From positions 38,663-102,662 of the IMG/VR virus record IMGVR_UViG_3300042524_000214: a DNA stretch of 64,000 nt. One strand, 5' to 3'. The stretch is from a virus. Lineage: Duplodnaviria > Heunggongvirae > Uroviricota > Caudoviricetes. The notes under the pieces were generated by a model. The model was not told the origin of the DNA. It saw only the letters and a list, made by a program, of their open reading frames with translations, and ran no database searches. Position 1 is the stretch's first letter. The number at the start of each line of letters is the position of its first letter. Shown here piece after piece: positions 53,793 to 63,637 of this stretch. Made by a program: the position numbers and the translations under genes.

Positions 53793-54039
53793 ATTAAAAA
53801 GAGAAGAAGACGGACTTATGAAAGAGTCCAAAGATGTTAAGTGGATTGAGTTTGATGAGCAAGGAAAATTCAAAAAAGACTACAAAACCCCTAAGAAAGG
53901 TAGAAGTTTATTGATGAGTCCTTTTAATGCCTTTTTTACTTGGCAAACAACAGAGGTTGTGAAAGTGATAGAAAAAACAGAAACTATGGTTCATTTCAAA
54001 ACCAAAAATTCAGAGTATAAACTTTATAAAATAGACTAA
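53782..54039 (+). CDS. hypothetical protein
   Basis: 85-aa ORF. Confidence 0.4.
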   Translation: MYYRLKREEDGLMKESKDVKWIEFDEQGKFKKDYKTPKKGRSLLMSPFNAFFTWQTTEVVKVIEKTETMVHFKTKNSEYKLYKID

Positions 54040-54602
54040 TGAAAGGTATTTTAAGATTTGATATTGATAAAGACAATTGGTTTATTGATTATGAAGAGCA
54101 CTTTAGGATATTAAAAGATGATAAAGGGCAAGCCTATGGTGCAGAAACTACTACTGTAAGAGTTCAAGTAGAACCACATTCATGTCCTGATAAATACCCT
54201 ACAAGTGTTTTAAAACTTGATGGTACAGAGGTTAATTTTGAACTAACTACTTTAGACCCAGATGAATCAGGTATAGAAAGAGTTTTTGGTACTCTTGTTA
54301 CAGAATCTGTTCCAGTGGAAACAATTCTTGAAGAGGAAGACGATGATGACTCTTATTCTCCTTATTGCCCGGTTTGTTCCGGTTGTGGAGAGTCTGGTTG
54401 TTGTAGTCCTTTAAACTGTGAGCCGGATAACCCGGAGTGTCACTACCCAAAGACCTATACAGCAGACCTTAAACTAGGTTACAGCACTTGGAGTAGATTT
54501 TGGGATTTGCTTGAAGAGAATCAATGGTTTGGTAAAAAGAAAGAGTTTATGAAAATATACGATGAGGAGTTGGACATTAGGTTTAAACAAAATGAAGAAT
54601 AA
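54039..54602 (+). CDS. hypothetical Cys-rich protein
   Basis: CPVCSGCGESGCCSPLNCEPDNPEC cluster. Confidence 0.45.
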   Translation: MKGILRFDIDKDNWFIDYEEHFRILKDDKGQAYGAETTTVRVQVEPHSCPDKYPTSVLKLDGTEVNFELTTLDPDESGIERVFGTLVTESVPVETILEEEDDDDSYSPYCPVCSGCGESGCCSPLNCEPDNPECHYPKTYTADLKLGYSTWSRFWDLLEENQWFGKKKEFMKIYDEELDIRFKQNEE

Positions 54603-55068
54603 ATTTCAAAGAGTTTTAGACCACTTTTTTCCAAAGAAGAAAGTAGTTCAAGAGGTTACTAAAAACATAGTACACAGCCAAGTTACTTGCTTGGAGTGTG
54701 GGGAAGTTTTAGTAAGTGAACATAGACACGATTACAAGACTTGTTCTTGTCCTAATGAAACTATGATTGACGGTGGTAATGCTTATGTTAGGTACGGGGG
54801 TAAAGATTTATCAAAAATTGAATTTTTTACAGTTTTTGATACTGATGACTTTAAGTTTGTTCGTAGATACGCCTCTCGTGGAGGTCGTGGTATTGATGGA
54901 AGACAACCGTTAACTTATACTAAGCTTTGTGATATGAATGATGGTTGGTTAGAAGCTGTTTTGGATTACTATCCCGAAGGCACCGATAATCCCCACTTAC
55001 GCCTTATTCGTAAAGAAATAGAATATCGTAAAGAAACAAAGATATGGGGAAGCCGACTTCAGGGATAG
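54595..55068 (+). CDS. zinc-ribbon protein
   Basis: ATG at 54595 (MKNKFQRV); CLECGEV...CSCPNE. Confidence 0.4.
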   Translation, partial: KNKFQRVLDHFFPKKKVVQEVTKNIVHSQVTCLECGEVLVSEHRHDYKTCSCPNETMIDGGNAYVRYGGKDLSKIEFFTVFDTDDFKFVRRYASRGGRGIDGRQPLTYTKLCDMNDGWLEAVLDYYPEGTDNPHLRLIRKEIEYRKETKIWGSRLQG

Positions 55069-55418
55069 CAGTAGATGGAGCTTGCTCAGGTAATCCTGGG
55101 CAGGCTGAATACAAGATTGTAGATATAGCTACCGGTAAGACATTAGTTAGTAGAAAGATTGGTATTGCAACAAATAACCATGCTGAGTTCATTGGTTTAT
55201 GTCATGCTTTGTTTTCCTACCCTAATGAAAAGATTTATACCGATAGCGTTACCGCAATGTCTTGGGTAAAGAATAAACGAGTTAATTCAAAACACCCTCA
55301 CCCAGATGTCGATAGATGTCTTGAGATGTTGAATAAATTGAATAAAAAAGTAGAAATTTTAAAATGGGATACCCGTACATACGGAGAAATCCCAGCAGAT
55401 TTTGGAAGAAAAAAATAA
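55044..55418 (+). CDS. ribonuclease H
   Basis: IAVDGACSGNPGQAEY and TNNHAEFIGLCHAL parallel RnhA FTDGSCLGNPGPGGY and TNNRMELMAAIVAL. Confidence 0.8.
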   Translation: MGKPTSGIAVDGACSGNPGQAEYKIVDIATGKTLVSRKIGIATNNHAEFIGLCHALFSYPNEKIYTDSVTAMSWVKNKRVNSKHPHPDVDRCLEMLNKLNKKVEILKWDTRTYGEIPADFGRKK

Positions 55419-55420
55419 TT

Positions 55421-56320
55421 ATGAAAGACGTATCCTTTTTTTATTACCCGGCAGATGTCCACATACCTACACCAATAGGTAGAGTTAGTTTTGAGCAATT
55501 CTTAAAAGCTAATAAAAGTCCTAAAGGAGAAATTGTGTCTTTATTTGAACAAATAGAAGAAGCTACTAAAAAAGGAGACCAAGATTTAAAAGGGAAACTG
55601 AAATCAAAATTATTTTATTTTACCCCTTGTGTTGAGACCGATGGTATTGGTAGATGCTACACAAATATAAAAGGCTTTACCGGGTTAATGGTACTAGACT
55701 TTGATAAGTTATCCGATGCACCAGCTTTTAAGCAGTTCTTGTTTGATAATTTGAAGTGTGTTGTGGCAGCTTATTTATCTCCCTCGAAAAAGGGCTGTAA
55801 ATTTATAGTTAGAATTCCTAAGTGCCAAACTATTGACGAGTTTAAAAGTTACTTTTATGGCTTGGGTTTTTATATGGAGAAGTATGAAGGATTTGACCCC
55901 TCTACCCAGAATTGTATCCTACCATTGTATTTGTCTATCGACCCAAATTTATTGTACCGAGAAGATGCCGAAGTTTGGGATGTACAAGGAGAAAAGTTGG
56001 ATGAGTTCAAAGTTTTTGAAGGAGAAATTGAAGTCCTTGAAGATGTTTCTGATAATGATAGAAATAAGGTCAAAAGTATAATCAAAAGGTCAATGGATAA
56101 AATTATTGATTCTGGTCATTACATCATAAGGTCTACTTCTTTATCCGGTGGTGGTTATGTTGCCAGTGGGTATTACACCCAGGAAGAAATGGAGAATATG
56201 ATATTTGAGATGATTGAAAATAATGACTACTGTAAAAAGAACACTAGAGGTTACAAACAGACAGCTCGTGAAATGATTACTAAGGGGATGAAAAGCCCAT
56301 TATATTTGAAAAATGGATAA
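55421..56320 (+). CDS. hypothetical protein, possibly archaeo-eukaryotic primase (AEP)-like
   Basis: ATG at 55421; MVLDFD (hhhDhD motif I-like); 299 aa; assignment speculative. Confidence 0.3.
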   Translation: MKDVSFFYYPADVHIPTPIGRVSFEQFLKANKSPKGEIVSLFEQIEEATKKGDQDLKGKLKSKLFYFTPCVETDGIGRCYTNIKGFTGLMVLDFDKLSDAPAFKQFLFDNLKCVVAAYLSPSKKGCKFIVRIPKCQTIDEFKSYFYGLGFYMEKYEGFDPSTQNCILPLYLSIDPNLLYREDAEVWDVQGEKLDEFKVFEGEIEVLEDVSDNDRNKVKSIIKRSMDKIIDSGHYIIRSTSLSGGGYVASGYYTQEEMENMIFEMIENNDYCKKNTRGYKQTAREMITKGMKSPLYLKNG

Positions 56321-56463
56321 AAAAGACTTCTACCGTAAAGATTTTACAACATATAAAAAAAAGTATAAACTTTTAGATAAAAAATATGAGCAAAAATTTA
56401 ATAAATTTGGAGAAACCAAAAAAGATTCGTAATTTTGCTTAAATATTAACCAATTAGATAAAA

Positions 56464-57690
56464 ATGGAATTAAACAAAAAAAGGTTACAAGAGCTCTATG
56501 AGCAAGAACAAAGTAAAACACTAGCTGCCAAAGCATACTGTGAAGAATCTGGTATTGCTTATGACGAAACTTTTCGTAAAAAAGCTAATGCTGTTATTTT
56601 GAAAGCTGAAAGAGTTTCCGATTTAGAGAATGAAACAGAAACAGAAACTAATCAGTATATAGCTTCACCTCTATCAGCCCTCAAAGCAGATGGTAAGATT
56701 ATGAGCATACAAGAGTATTGTGAATTTTACAATATACCTTTTGAACAAGTGCGAACTTTTAAACTAGTTACTCATACCGGTAAAGGTGCCTATTATAATA
56801 TAGCATCCAATGCTATTGAAGGAGATGGTTTTAAGGCATTTTACGAGCAGATGTTAAAAGACATAGCTGATATACCAAATAAGCCTAAAACAATCGGTAG
56901 AGTGGATACAGATGATGTTAAATTAGATGATGAACATTTATTGATGATTGACCCTGCTGACATCCATATCGGTAAGTTAGCTGAAAGTTTTGAAACTGGA
57001 GAAGATTATAATAATCAAATCGCTGTACAACGTGTTAGAGAAGGTGTGGAAGGTATTTTACACAAAGCTAGAGGATTTAGAGTAGACAAAATATTGTTCA
57101 TAGGTGGTAATGACATCTTACATATTGATACTCCTAGAAGAATGACTACCTCTGGCACCCCTCAAGATACCGATGGTATGTGGTACTCAAACTTCTTGAT
57201 TGCAAAACAACTTTACATAGAGGTTTTGAATAGATTATTAAAAGTTGCGGATGTTCACTTTGTGTATAATCCTAGTAACCACGATTACACTCACGGTTTC
57301 TTTTTGGCTGATGTGATTCAGACTTATTTCAAAGATTGTAAAAATATTACTTTTGATTGTAGCATTGCTCACAGAAAGTATTTTGTTTACGGTGATAATT
57401 TGATTGGTACATCACACGGTGACGGTGGTAAGACTCAGGATTTACCGTTGACTATGGCACACGAGAGTCCAGATTGGAGTAGATGTAAACATAGATATTT
57501 CTATATACACCACTTCCATCACAAAGTGGCTAAAGATTATATGGGAGTTTGTGTTGAAGCTTTGAGAAGTCCATCGGGGACAGACTCCTGGCACCACCGG
57601 AATCAATACCAGCACGCCCCTAAGGCGATTGAAGGCTTCATCCATCATCCTAAGTTTGGTCAGATTGCTAGATTGACTCACTTGTTCTAA
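56464..57690 (+). CDS. calcineurin-like metallophosphoesterase with N-terminal extension (SbcD/Mre11- or PnkP-phosphoesterase-like)
   Basis: IDPADIHIG (DxH), GGNDILHID, NPSNHDY (GNHD-like), TSHGDGG (GH). Confidence 0.5.
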   Translation: MELNKKRLQELYEQEQSKTLAAKAYCEESGIAYDETFRKKANAVILKAERVSDLENETETETNQYIASPLSALKADGKIMSIQEYCEFYNIPFEQVRTFKLVTHTGKGAYYNIASNAIEGDGFKAFYEQMLKDIADIPNKPKTIGRVDTDDVKLDDEHLLMIDPADIHIGKLAESFETGEDYNNQIAVQRVREGVEGILHKARGFRVDKILFIGGNDILHIDTPRRMTTSGTPQDTDGMWYSNFLIAKQLYIEVLNRLLKVADVHFVYNPSNHDYTHGFFLADVIQTYFKDCKNITFDCSIAHRKYFVYGDNLIGTSHGDGGKTQDLPLTMAHESPDWSRCKHRYFYIHHFHHKVAKDYMGVCVEALRSPSGTDSWHHRNQYQHAPKAIEGFIHHPKFGQIARLTHLF

Positions 57691-57696
57691 AAAAAT

Positions 57697-57733
57697 AACC
57701 CCCTCAGATTTTTAAGTCTTTGGGGGTTTTTCT
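57697..57733 (+). terminator. intrinsic terminator
   Basis: CCCCC...GGGGG stem followed by TTTTT directly after the last + strand gene. Confidence 0.55.
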
Positions 57734-57818
57734 TTGCCTATACCTTAACACCGCCTATGCCAATTGGCTGGATTCAGAACTGCCGGGGAACCCCGACAGC
57801 GATAGGCTTACTTGTATT

Positions 57819-60800
57819 TTATAAATCTTCTTCATCTAGGAACCAAGCTACTGGAATAAGTGCCTCTTCCTTGTTAAAATAATCGTATGAATCTCTCTGA
57901 GATTTCAAGTTTTCTGCATTCCAAACATCAAAGGCAGGTTTAGCTCCAACAACATTTTTTATAAAATAAGATTGTTGTTTTGTTAATCCTTTGTATCTAC
58001 CCCTATCAATAACGCTTGTATCTAGTAAATCTCCAAGTTTGGAAAGGTTTTCTATCTTCTGTAAACCTACAATAGGCTCTTTGAAAGATGCGTAAAATTC
58101 TCCAAAAACTCCTAATTGAGAAGAAGCTACCTCGGTTGTTGTTCTTTCAAACAAATACGCTGAAAGTTGTGCTCCCCATAAATCTTCTTCATCATCTGCC
58201 CAACTAGATAAAAATATAGTTAGTAAAAATAAACCGGATAAAAATAAGACTTCTTTACTAACTCGTTCAAGATTCTTTCTTGTTGTTTCGTCCCCGTTAA
58301 CATACAAGTCTTTAAACTCTTGCATTATACCTTTTAGCTTTCCTTTTTTGTAGCCCATATTGATTGCATCTACAAAATAGTTAGCAGCTGTAACGTAAGT
58401 TCCCTCTTCTACTTTACCAGTTTGAAAGTTTATGTGTCTTCTTTTAAAACGTGTAGCAGCAGATATTGATAACCAACCTTTGTGAGTCATTGTAAATCTA
58501 CCTAAAACATCTCTTTGTAAAGTTGTTCTTTCCTCATTTGTAATTTGACCATCAATTCTTTCAACTAACTTTCTGGTTTTAGACATGACCCCTAACTCTA
58601 TGTTTCTGAAATCTTTTCTAAATTCCTCATCATTAGTCCTATTCATATCTCTAGCCAAAGCCTCGAAATCATAAGTCATAGTTGGGTAAGGTTTACCATT
58701 CTTATCTTCTGTAAGGATGTAGTTGTAGAAAGTTTTACCTTCTAAATTTTTCCAAGCTGCGGTGACATCTTTAATGTTGGCTCTTGAACCATTTGCATTA
58801 TTAAACATTACTTTAAACTGCTCAAAATCTACCACTTTTCCTTCATAAATTCTATTGCCATAAACTTGAGATAGCATAGCTTTTGATAAAGGTACAAAGT
58901 TACCAGCTGTGTGCAAAATATACATAGACCTACTTAAAGCCCTTGGTGTTTTAGCGTACATAGAATTTTCAAATCTACGGTCTAAATCAAAAATACCGAA
59001 GTATTCCCCCATTAAGGATAATTTAGCTCTAGAATTAAGTTCTAAACTCTCTTTCATTGCTGGTGTAGACAACTTCAAAAATTCTTTATTTGCTAAAGTA
59101 TAAGAACCAGAATCTACGTATTGATTTAATAATCTTTCTATGATAAGAGAAGCTTCCGCTGTCATCCAAGAAGTTATAGGTACAATAAAGTTTCTACCAA
59201 GTGAGTTATTTCTAAGCCAAGTGTGGAGTTTATTAATAACTTTTGTGACATCTACTTGTCCTAAAACAGGTAAATTAACCCTCCAGTTTCTTCTTTCTTT
59301 TACTCCAAATAAGTTATAATCCATATAGGATTTAAACATCTTATAAGTATTGGTAGCCTGAGCTGATTTACCTCCTGGATAAGCTCTGTTTAAAGCTTTA
59401 TCATTAAGTGTTGCAAACTCAGAGTATCTTTCTTTTTTAGATTTATACAACTCTGCTTGTTGAGCCATTAATACCGATGTATAGAATAAATCTTCAGACA
59501 CAAATTCTTTCTCAGAAAGCCTGTTCAAGAAGTATTTAGGAATTACTCTAAAGCCTTCATTTCTTACAAAAGCCTCTCCTTTATTTGCTTCATCACCAAA
59601 AGCTTGTTCATCTACTCTAAATCTTAAAAAATCCTGCCATATATCTTTTACTGCACTTTTTGGGTTTTTCAAAGTATCAACAGTTTTGTTGAAACTGGTT
59701 TTTGAAATTTGTGGTGCCAAGTATAAATTATGTAACCCTAATTCTCCGTAAGAACGTAAAGTATCTTTTTGGAAACTTATATACTCTTTGTACAACTCAA
59801 ACATATCTTTGTTAGTTGTTGCTTGTATATTTCCATCAGCATCTAGTATAGGGTTATTTTGAGAATCTCTTTGTGGGTTAAACATTTGTATAAATCCGCT
59901 GTTTGAGTATTGGGATAGCTTAGGCTGTCTTGAACCTCCCTCGAAATCCTCTCTATAGCTGCTATTTTTAAACTTGATTTCCCCCATTTCATAGTAAGAG
60001 AAGTTGTTACTAACTTTCACATCGTCTCTATTATTTAATGAATTAACTAATCCAAAAACATTACCATTACCATTTTTTAAGTTACTATAAAATTCAGCTA
60101 AGCCTACTGGGGCAAAAGCTTTGTAATACATAGCTATCTTTGATTCGGCATACTTTAAAACTATATCGTCAACTTCTTCTTTGATAATATCCTCTCTACC
60201 TACTATATTTTCTATCAACTTTCTGTTTGCAGCAGTTATAGGTCTATTTCTAGTAAAGTTTTCTAAAGCATCTCTTAACCTTTCTACTCTTCTTCTATTA
60301 GTTAAAGTCATATTCTTCAAGGCAAAATCTATTTTGTCTGAAGTTTCTGTATACCCTTTGTCCGTTAAGGCATCATAGTAAGCTTGGTTTGGGGTTACTT
60401 CGGAAAGTTTTTCTGCCTCTTCTCCAATTTCTTGTATTGTGCTTTTTTGGAATGTTTTGTATAAATCAGAATAAAGCTCATCTATTCTTTCCGATAAATC
60501 CAGTACGCTTTTTCTAACGTCATCCGGCATTTCGTCTGCCAAAATATTAGTGTAGTTTCTAGAATCCTGGAATTGTTTTAATATCGCTTTCCTTTTATCT
60601 AAACTGTCTTTATAGTCTTTTATTCTTAATATCATTAGCTCATCGGCTTCCGGGTCTTGCTCATATAAATCAAGTTCCGTCATCAAATTTTCAGAAGAGT
60701 TAAAACTGTTCCAAAAATCATTTGAGAATCCTACAGTAGAGTTTAATAAAAAGAACTCAACAGCCGCTTCTCTACCCTCTTCTGCTTCTATTCTTTCAAG

Positions 60801-63545
60801 CTCCTCTAAGAATTTAGGTGCTAGTTTATCAACATCAATTTTTTGACCCGATAAAGCGGCTTCTCTTTTCTTTTGTTCAAGTAAATCAAGGTCTAATTTA
60901 GTTATCTCAAAAGCTGTTCTTGAAGAGGTGTCATTCTCATTAGCTAATATGTAATACGTACCATTAATTTCTAATGAGTCGCTGGAAGGAAAATCTACTT
61001 TTCTAATACCAGCTTTTAAACTACCGTCATTTTCAAAAAATGATTTTAGTTGTTTTCTTTTTAAATTAAAACCATCCAGCTCGTGTTTATCTTGAAGAGT
61101 GTACCTTGGCAAACCTTTTTCTGTTTTTACCCTAGCCATAAGCTCCCCCAAATCCATAGACAAAAGGCTTAGTTCTGTTTTAGTTGTTTCGGAAATACCT
61201 AGTCTACTATAACGGTCTTCTCTTTCTTGGTAGTACTCATCTGTAAAGCTTCTTTCAACAATGCTATTTACAGCTTTGCTTACTTCTTGCTTGTATAAAA
61301 ATTCATTACCTCCATCTTTTTCATCTTTAATTTTAGGCAAACTGTTTGTGTTAAGCCCCTCAATTATTTCTTCATCAGTCATAGTGTAACCACTATATTT
61401 TTTGAAGTTTTCTACTTTTATATTAAGGACATCTTTTTCAAAATTAGCCCAATCGTACATACTTAATATGTAACCATCTTTATCAATAAATTTAGGTAAG
61501 TCTTTTTCTGTAAAGCCTAATTCTCTCATCTTCATCTGGAAGGACTTAACTCTATTTATGTAAGACAATTCCGCATCTCTGTTCATATCAGAGATTACAG
61601 TGCTCAACATATTCAATATAGGGTCGTTTGCATGTGAAAGTTGACCAAAAACTGCATACACCATTTGTGTATCTCTCATGGCTACATCTATAGCTTTCTC
61701 TAATTCAAGTCTCAAATCATCGCTTAGATTATGTCTTACCATTAACCTATTTACAATTTCATCTATAATTTTAGTTTCGGTAAGTTGTACTTTTGCTGTA
61801 ACCCCAGAAATAGATGTTTCCACATTTTCTAAATCTGTAATTAAAGTTTTTAATGATGGGTCATTTTGTATCAATACCCTAAGTTTGCTTAATAAAGGAC
61901 TGATTTCGTCTTTTAAACTACGAAGAACAATTCCTTCTTCATTAGACAAAGTTTTACCTTTTTTGTTTGCGTTATCAATAGCAAATCCAACATATCTAGC
62001 TTGGCTTTTTGCTAAAGCTATCAAATCCAAAGCAGAGCTTTTTGTAAGCTCTTTTTCTAATATGTCATTAAGTTTTTGTATTGTAGCTCTGGAACCTCTA
62101 CCTGCTTTTCTTAGGTTTTTTTCTTGTTCAATCAAAGCTCTAACCAATTGTTTTGATACAGAAGCTTTAGCATCTAAAGCCGGGTCTCCACTTTGGTTTA
62201 ACTGATACATTCTAAACTTCTTACCTTTAGCTTTTTCTAAATTAAGGTATCTGTTTACATCTTTAGTTATAAGTAAGTCTTCAACTTTATCTGTTAACTT
62301 TGCTATATCGTCATAAACATTTTGATTCAAAGTAATAGCATCAAAAAACTTTCTGAATAAATCAAAAATTCTAGATATTATGCTAGATTGAATTTCTGTT
62401 TTGCCATCTATATTAAATCTATTCTGTAATGATTTTGCTAATTCTTTACCTAGTATTTCTCTTCTAACTAAATCTTCTATTTCGTCAAAAGACATATCAG
62501 GATTTTCGTAGGTATACACCTCTCTATATTGCTCTGATAATTCTTGATAAGTTTGTGTTTTGTGAATATTTCTAAGAATATTTTCAATTTCAGAATCCCC
62601 CCAAGTTTCCACTATAAAGTGGGCTGTTTCTTCTAGTAATCCGTCTGTAGATATGGCTCCTTCTCTATAAGCTATAACTTGTTGAGATATATCTAATAGT
62701 GTTTTAGCATCCGGAGAAACTCCATTTCTTATTTCGTAGTTTTTTATGTAGTTATCTATAGACATTACCTTAACTCCCATTGAGTTCAGTAAGTCTAATA
62801 ATCTTAGCTTTAAAGAGTTTTCGTCTGAGTCTATGGTTTCGCCACTCAACCCGGAAGGTAAAACTTCTCTAACTAGTTTGTTTAAAAATAAAGATTTACC
62901 TTGAGTTTCCCCAAATTTTGACTGCAAATCTTCCATAGAGGATTTTGAAATCTCCTCTTTTGTAGCTGTTTTGCCATTAGACTCAATCTTATTTTTGCTG
63001 TCTTTTAGTTCTATTCTACCATCCTTGTATATTTTTGTGTTGGCTTTACCTAAAAGTACTATGCCTTCTTCTTTTATTATTTGTTCATTGGCTAACTGTA
63101 GGATTTGGTTGGTACCTGCTGCTTTGTGGTAACTTTTGCCAGCTTCTATTAACCTTTCGTCAGATAAAACATCTTCTTTTATAAGGCTGTTTATAAAACC
63201 TTCGTATGTTTCTACGTTTGTGTTTGAAGATACTTTTTGTAGTGATACAAATTTGTCATCTACTAATATACCTGTTTCAATATCCCCACCAGTAGAGTCT
63301 TTTAAAGCTTCCTTGAAAGAATCAAACATGCCATTTTTATCTGACTTAAAAGTTAAGCCAGGCTCTGTTTCTGTGTTATTACCAATACTGTCAGAATAGA
63401 TGTTTTTAAAAGTCTCTAAAGCTTCTTCTAAAGAGTTTGTATGGGGTAATCTAGCAATTTGCTTAAACAGTCTACTCTCTTCACCATTTGGTGTAAGTAC
63501 ATTGTCTATCGCCCCATTTTTATTAAATTTTATTGTACAAGCCAT
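57819..63545 (-). CDS. very large (1908 aa) protein, probably virion-associated (tape-measure-like or internal/ejection protein); function unknown
   Basis: Uninterrupted 5.7-kb ORF on the minus strand, coiled-coil rich, one hydrophobic segment (VLFLSGLFLLTIFLS) near the C-terminus; own promoter at 63565-63596. Confidence 0.5.
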   Translation of the reverse strand: MACTIKFNKNGAIDNVLTPNGEESRLFKQIARLPHTNSLEEALETFKNIYSDSIGNNTETEPGLTFKSDKNGMFDSFKEALKDSTGGDIETGILVDDKFVSLQKVSSNTNVETYEGFINSLIKEDVLSDERLIEAGKSYHKAAGTNQILQLANEQIIKEEGIVLLGKANTKIYKDGRIELKDSKNKIESNGKTATKEEISKSSMEDLQSKFGETQGKSLFLNKLVREVLPSGLSGETIDSDENSLKLRLLDLLNSMGVKVMSIDNYIKNYEIRNGVSPDAKTLLDISQQVIAYREGAISTDGLLEETAHFIVETWGDSEIENILRNIHKTQTYQELSEQYREVYTYENPDMSFDEIEDLVRREILGKELAKSLQNRFNIDGKTEIQSSIISRIFDLFRKFFDAITLNQNVYDDIAKLTDKVEDLLITKDVNRYLNLEKAKGKKFRMYQLNQSGDPALDAKASVSKQLVRALIEQEKNLRKAGRGSRATIQKLNDILEKELTKSSALDLIALAKSQARYVGFAIDNANKKGKTLSNEEGIVLRSLKDEISPLLSKLRVLIQNDPSLKTLITDLENVETSISGVTAKVQLTETKIIDEIVNRLMVRHNLSDDLRLELEKAIDVAMRDTQMVYAVFGQLSHANDPILNMLSTVISDMNRDAELSYINRVKSFQMKMRELGFTEKDLPKFIDKDGYILSMYDWANFEKDVLNIKVENFKKYSGYTMTDEEIIEGLNTNSLPKIKDEKDGGNEFLYKQEVSKAVNSIVERSFTDEYYQEREDRYSRLGISETTKTELSLLSMDLGELMARVKTEKGLPRYTLQDKHELDGFNLKRKQLKSFFENDGSLKAGIRKVDFPSSDSLEINGTYYILANENDTSSRTAFEITKLDLDLLEQKKREAALSGQKIDVDKLAPKFLEELERIEAEEGREAAVEFFLLNSTVGFSNDFWNSFNSSENLMTELDLYEQDPEADELMILRIKDYKDSLDKRKAILKQFQDSRNYTNILADEMPDDVRKSVLDLSERIDELYSDLYKTFQKSTIQEIGEEAEKLSEVTPNQAYYDALTDKGYTETSDKIDFALKNMTLTNRRRVERLRDALENFTRNRPITAANRKLIENIVGREDIIKEEVDDIVLKYAESKIAMYYKAFAPVGLAEFYSNLKNGNGNVFGLVNSLNNRDDVKVSNNFSYYEMGEIKFKNSSYREDFEGGSRQPKLSQYSNSGFIQMFNPQRDSQNNPILDADGNIQATTNKDMFELYKEYISFQKDTLRSYGELGLHNLYLAPQISKTSFNKTVDTLKNPKSAVKDIWQDFLRFRVDEQAFGDEANKGEAFVRNEGFRVIPKYFLNRLSEKEFVSEDLFYTSVLMAQQAELYKSKKERYSEFATLNDKALNRAYPGGKSAQATNTYKMFKSYMDYNLFGVKERRNWRVNLPVLGQVDVTKVINKLHTWLRNNSLGRNFIVPITSWMTAEASLIIERLLNQYVDSGSYTLANKEFLKLSTPAMKESLELNSRAKLSLMGEYFGIFDLDRRFENSMYAKTPRALSRSMYILHTAGNFVPLSKAMLSQVYGNRIYEGKVVDFEQFKVMFNNANGSRANIKDVTAAWKNLEGKTFYNYILTEDKNGKPYPTMTYDFEALARDMNRTNDEEFRKDFRNIELGVMSKTRKLVERIDGQITNEERTTLQRDVLGRFTMTHKGWLSISAATRFKRRHINFQTGKVEEGTYVTAANYFVDAINMGYKKGKLKGIMQEFKDLYVNGDETTRKNLERVSKEVLFLSGLFLLTIFLSSWADDEEDLWGAQLSAYLFERTTTEVASSQLGVFGEFYASFKEPIVGLQKIENLSKLGDLLDTSVIDRGRYKGLTKQQSYFIKNVVGAKPAFDVWNAENLKSQRDSYDYFNKEEALIPVAWFLDEEDL

Positions 63546-63564
63546 TTTATTTATTTATTTTGTG

Positions 63565-63596
63565 CAAAATTAATACTTTTATTTGTATTACGCAAA
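63565..63596 (-). promoter_or_regulatory. sigma-A promoter on minus strand
   Basis: Plus-strand CAAAATTA at 63565-63572 is rc of -7 TAATTTTG; plus-strand CAAA at 63593-63596 is rc of -33 TTTG; 20-nt spacing. Confidence 0.5.
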
Positions 63597-63637
63597 TAGA
63601 TTAAAAAAGTTAGGCTACTTTTCAGTAGCCTTTCTCT

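Noticed and set aside
56330-56536. 68-aa minus-strand ORF between the AEP-like gene and the metallophosphoesterase
   Set aside because: Overlaps the start of the + strand gene at 56464; AT-rich low-complexity product.
61678-62205. Plus-strand ORFs inside the 1908-aa minus-strand gene (58909, 60181, 61678, 63136)
   Set aside because: Antisense shadow ORFs with Ser/Leu-rich, low-complexity products.
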